Below are positions 61,329 to 64,000 of a DNA stretch of 64,000 nt, in pieces. The stretch covers positions 12,782 to 76,781 of the forward strand of contig CAZCUC010000003.1 in the NCBI GenBank assembly GCA_964502225.1, in the 5' to 3' direction. Position 1 is the stretch's first letter, and each line of letters opens with the position of its first letter. The notes below the pieces were generated by a model. It searched no databases. It had not been told where the DNA came from and was given only the letters and a program-made list of their open reading frames with translations. The position numbers were made by a program, and so were the translations under genes. The DNA comes from an uncultured Pseudomonadales bacterium. Lineage in GTDB: Bacteria > Patescibacteriota > Microgenomatia > UBA1400 > UBA12108.

Positions 61329-62426
61329 CTATTTCCCTATCATGAATTCTACGACATCACCCTCCTGCATCACATACGTCTTACCCTCTGTCCTCATCTT
61401 CCCCTTCTCCGCCGCACCCTTCCATCCGTTTAGCTCAATAAAGTCACTATAGTGGCAGACTTTGGCCGAGATAAAGTGTTTGACAAAGTCAGTATGGATC
61501 ACCCCGGCCGCATCTGGCGCCAGGCACCCCACAGGAATAGTCCACGCCCTCACCTCTAGCTCTCCTGCAGTGAGGAAAGATTGCAGTCCCAGCCTCTTGT
61601 ACGCCGCCGCAATCAGACTCTCTAGTCCTGTCCTCTCAATACCAGCGGACTTGAGGTATTCCAGTCGTTCTGCACCCTCAAACCCAGCCAGCTCCTCTTC
61701 CAGCTTGGCGCAGATGGCTACACAATCACTTACTTGAATCTCAATTTTCTTCACTCGCAGTCGCTCCACAAACTCGGCGATAATCGTACCCGATTTTGAC
61801 ATCCCTGCCTCATCGGTATTTAAGCAGAACATTTGGGGTTTGGCAGTCAGTAGAAATAGCTCTTTGGCCGCTTCAGCCTCTTCGTCCAGTAGGTCTACAC
61901 TCCGCGCGGACACTCCAGATTCTAGGGCACTACGTAATTTGAGCACAGCTGACCAGCGGACAGAATCAGTTTTTTCTACCTTACCATGGGGCTCTTTTTG
62001 TTTTTCTAGGGTCGAGAGATCGGCTAGTTGCAGTTCAGTTTCGATGGTCAGATAGTCTTCAACACTATCCCCACTCCCCGTCTGGATCACGTTGGAGTCC
62101 GAGAACGCGCGGACTACGTGCAAGATCACACTAGCTTCGCGGATATGCGAGAGGAATTTGTTCCCCAGTCCCTCTCCCTGGCTGGCACCCTTTACCAGGC
62201 CAGCGATATCGAGGAATGTCACCGTGGCCGGCACCAACTTGGTAGTAGAGACAATTGGCGCCAGTTTCGCGAGCCTATCATCAGGGACCGGGACAATGCC
62301 TACATTAGGTTCGATGGTAGCGAATGGATAGTTGGCCGCAAAAGCCTGCTGTTTGGACAGAAGCGCATTAAATAACGTGCTCTTCCCTACATTTGGCAAC
62401 CCCACTATTCCGACAGATAAACTCAT
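61329..62426 (-). CDS. ychF: Ribosome-binding ATPase YchF
   Basis: 'GLPNVGKST', 'ANYPFATIEPN', 'DIAGLVKGAS', 'EGKTYVMQEGDV'. Confidence 0.96.
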   Translation of the reverse strand: MSLSVGIVGLPNVGKSTLFNALLSKQQAFAANYPFATIEPNVGIVPVPDDRLAKLAPIVSTTKLVPATVTFLDIAGLVKGASQGEGLGNKFLSHIREASVILHVVRAFSDSNVIQTGSGDSVEDYLTIETELQLADLSTLEKQKEPHGKVEKTDSVRWSAVLKLRSALESGVSARSVDLLDEEAEAAKELFLLTAKPQMFCLNTDEAGMSKSGTIIAEFVERLRVKKIEIQVSDCVAICAKLEEELAGFEGAERLEYLKSAGIERTGLESLIAAAYKRLGLQSFLTAGELEVRAWTIPVGCLAPDAAGVIHTDFVKHFISAKVCHYSDFIELNGWKGAAEKGKMRTEGKTYVMQEGDVVEFMIGK

Positions 62427-62483
62427 ATCTTGTATTGTACCTCATGATGCTCGTCCTCAGAGTCCCCCACTCCTCCCAGCCGG

Positions 62484-62512
62484 TAGTTTACAGGGAGAGA
62501 CCTTGTAAACTA
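62484..62512 (-). terminator. Hairpin at the ABC-F stop (possible terminator)
   Basis: TAGTTTACA(A)GG...CCTGTAAACTA stem; no clear U-tract. Confidence 0.4.
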
Positions 62513-63973
62513 TATCTCCCCCACTTTGTCCTCGTACTCACTGATCCAAAAGTCCATCTTGGCCTCTGGCATCAGGAACACTTTATCCGGCTTGAGCTCT
62601 TTAATAAACTCTTCCGTATGAGACACAATGATCATGGTTCCCTTGTACGATTTGAGGGCATCCAGGATCACCCGCTGGGACATCACATCCAGATAGGTCG
62701 TAGGCTCATCTAGGATTAAAAAATTTGCATCCGTCGAGCACAACATGGCGATCGAGAGACGCGTCTTCTCCCCTCCCGACAATGTCCCTACTTTTTGATG
62801 GACTTTGCTGGAGGGAAAGTTAAATTTACCCAGAAACGGTCGACAAAACGACTCCATCCGTTCACACTTGTCCATAAACAACTGCAAAACCGACTTGTCC
62901 ATATCAAAATCCTCAAACTCTTGGGAGTAATAGCCTAGTCGGTTCATTGCATTCCACTCGACCACTCCACTATCGGGTTTGATCTGCCCAATCAAGAGCT
63001 TGATCAAAGTCGATTTTCCCACTCCGTTGGGCCCAAGCATGGCGATTTTTTCACCCCGACGGATAGAAAAGTTCAGATTCTTGATCACTTGCAGGGTATC
63101 GTACGATTTAGAAATCGACCTAGCCGTCACGAGGATATCGCCGCTTCGCGCGGGCTCTGGCAGTTGGATCTTGATACTGCGCACCTCCGGCGGGAGTTCT
63201 GGCAATACTTCTTTGAGCCGCGCAATTCTCCTCTGCATCACTATGCGAGCATCCACGCCAATCACTTTGATCGCGTGCTCCAGCTTGGCGATCTGCCTTT
63301 GCTGGCCGACCACTTGTTTCTTAAAAACATCGGCCGCTTGTTTTTGTAGTTGCAAATACTTGGTGTAGTTGCCCTTGTACTCCTCTATTTTGTGGGTATG
63401 CTTGTTCACATAAATCACCCGGTCGATCGCTTTATCCATGAGCGAGAGATCATGCGAAATCAGGATCAAAGTTTTGGGGTACTGGGCAAGCAATCCCATC
63501 ACCCATTTCTTACCCTCTATATCCATAAAGTTCGTGGGCTCATCCAGCAGGAGGGTATCGGGTTCTTTAAGTAGTGCTCGAGTTAGTGCAAACTTGGTCT
63601 TGACTCCCCCACTATAACCCTGTGGTTTAGAGTTTAAATCAACCTCCCCTACCCCGAGTCCCGCAAGCAGTTTGCGGATTTTGTGCTCAGGGATCTCGCC
63701 GTCTGGATTGATATAAGCCATCACACTCTCTGCTTGGTCTAAGATTGGATCGCGCTTGACCTCTTGCGGGACCAGCTCCATGGTACCAGTAATATCCAAG
63801 GCACCTTCATCAGGGTACTCCTCCCCACGAAACAGTTTAAGCAGGGTCGATTTGCCTGTCCCATTCTCTCCCACCAGTCCTACTTTTTGTCCATCTTCAA
63901 TGCGAAAATTGGCCTCGACCAACAAGGGTTTCTCTCCGTAGCTAAAACTAAGATCTGTTACTCTGATACTCAT
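62510..63973 (-). CDS. ABC-F family ATPase
   Basis: Two ABC cassettes ('GENGTGKS', 'YSGG', 'DEPT'; 'GPNGVGKS', 'LSGGE'), no TM, interdomain linker. Confidence 0.93.
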   Translation of the reverse strand: MSIRVTDLSFSYGEKPLLVEANFRIEDGQKVGLVGENGTGKSTLLKLFRGEEYPDEGALDITGTMELVPQEVKRDPILDQAESVMAYINPDGEIPEHKIRKLLAGLGVGEVDLNSKPQGYSGGVKTKFALTRALLKEPDTLLLDEPTNFMDIEGKKWVMGLLAQYPKTLILISHDLSLMDKAIDRVIYVNKHTHKIEEYKGNYTKYLQLQKQAADVFKKQVVGQQRQIAKLEHAIKVIGVDARIVMQRRIARLKEVLPELPPEVRSIKIQLPEPARSGDILVTARSISKSYDTLQVIKNLNFSIRRGEKIAMLGPNGVGKSTLIKLLIGQIKPDSGVVEWNAMNRLGYYSQEFEDFDMDKSVLQLFMDKCERMESFCRPFLGKFNFPSSKVHQKVGTLSGGEKTRLSIAMLCSTDANFLILDEPTTYLDVMSQRVILDALKSYKGTMIIVSHTEEFIKELKPDKVFLMPEAKMDFWISEYEDKVGEI

Positions 63974-64000
63974 CTGGCCATTCTACACGAGACCTGCCCG

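Overview
Gene-dense 64-kb chromosomal segment of a reduced-genome bacterium using code 11. Gene content and style point to Patescibacteria/CPR, probably Microgenomates (inference, no search run). It carries core genes (pheT, PBP1A, tyrS, recG, rpmF-nusB-rnc-rpsP-khpA, gyrB-ppa-gyrA, ddl, murF-like, a Xer recombinase, yebC, queA, rluD-family, lspA/lgt, tRNA-Leu, dnaB, hisS, rpmE, prfA, htrA, ctpA, rpsF-ssb-rpsR, ychF, ABC-F) and a type IV pilus cluster whose six-pilin block is inverted. The most interesting signals are non-coding. (1) Two parallel amino-acid-sensing modules: a Tyr-type T-box riboswitch (~4597-4932) leading GNAT-like gene, M20 amidohydrolase and tyrS, and a His-codon leader-peptide attenuator (52448-52575) leading a small membrane protein, a second M20 amidohydrolase and hisS. 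Together they suggest regulated amino-acid scavenging in an auxotroph. (2) A three-copy ~85-nt hairpin element with compensatory changes. (3) Pervasive leaderless-type promoters. (4) A dif-like site and duplicated half-site near the Xer gene, plus a phased 10-bp array before a small wHTH gene. (5) Several REP-like and short tandem-repeat families, some inserted in frame in proteins. No CRISPR, rRNA or transposase was seen.
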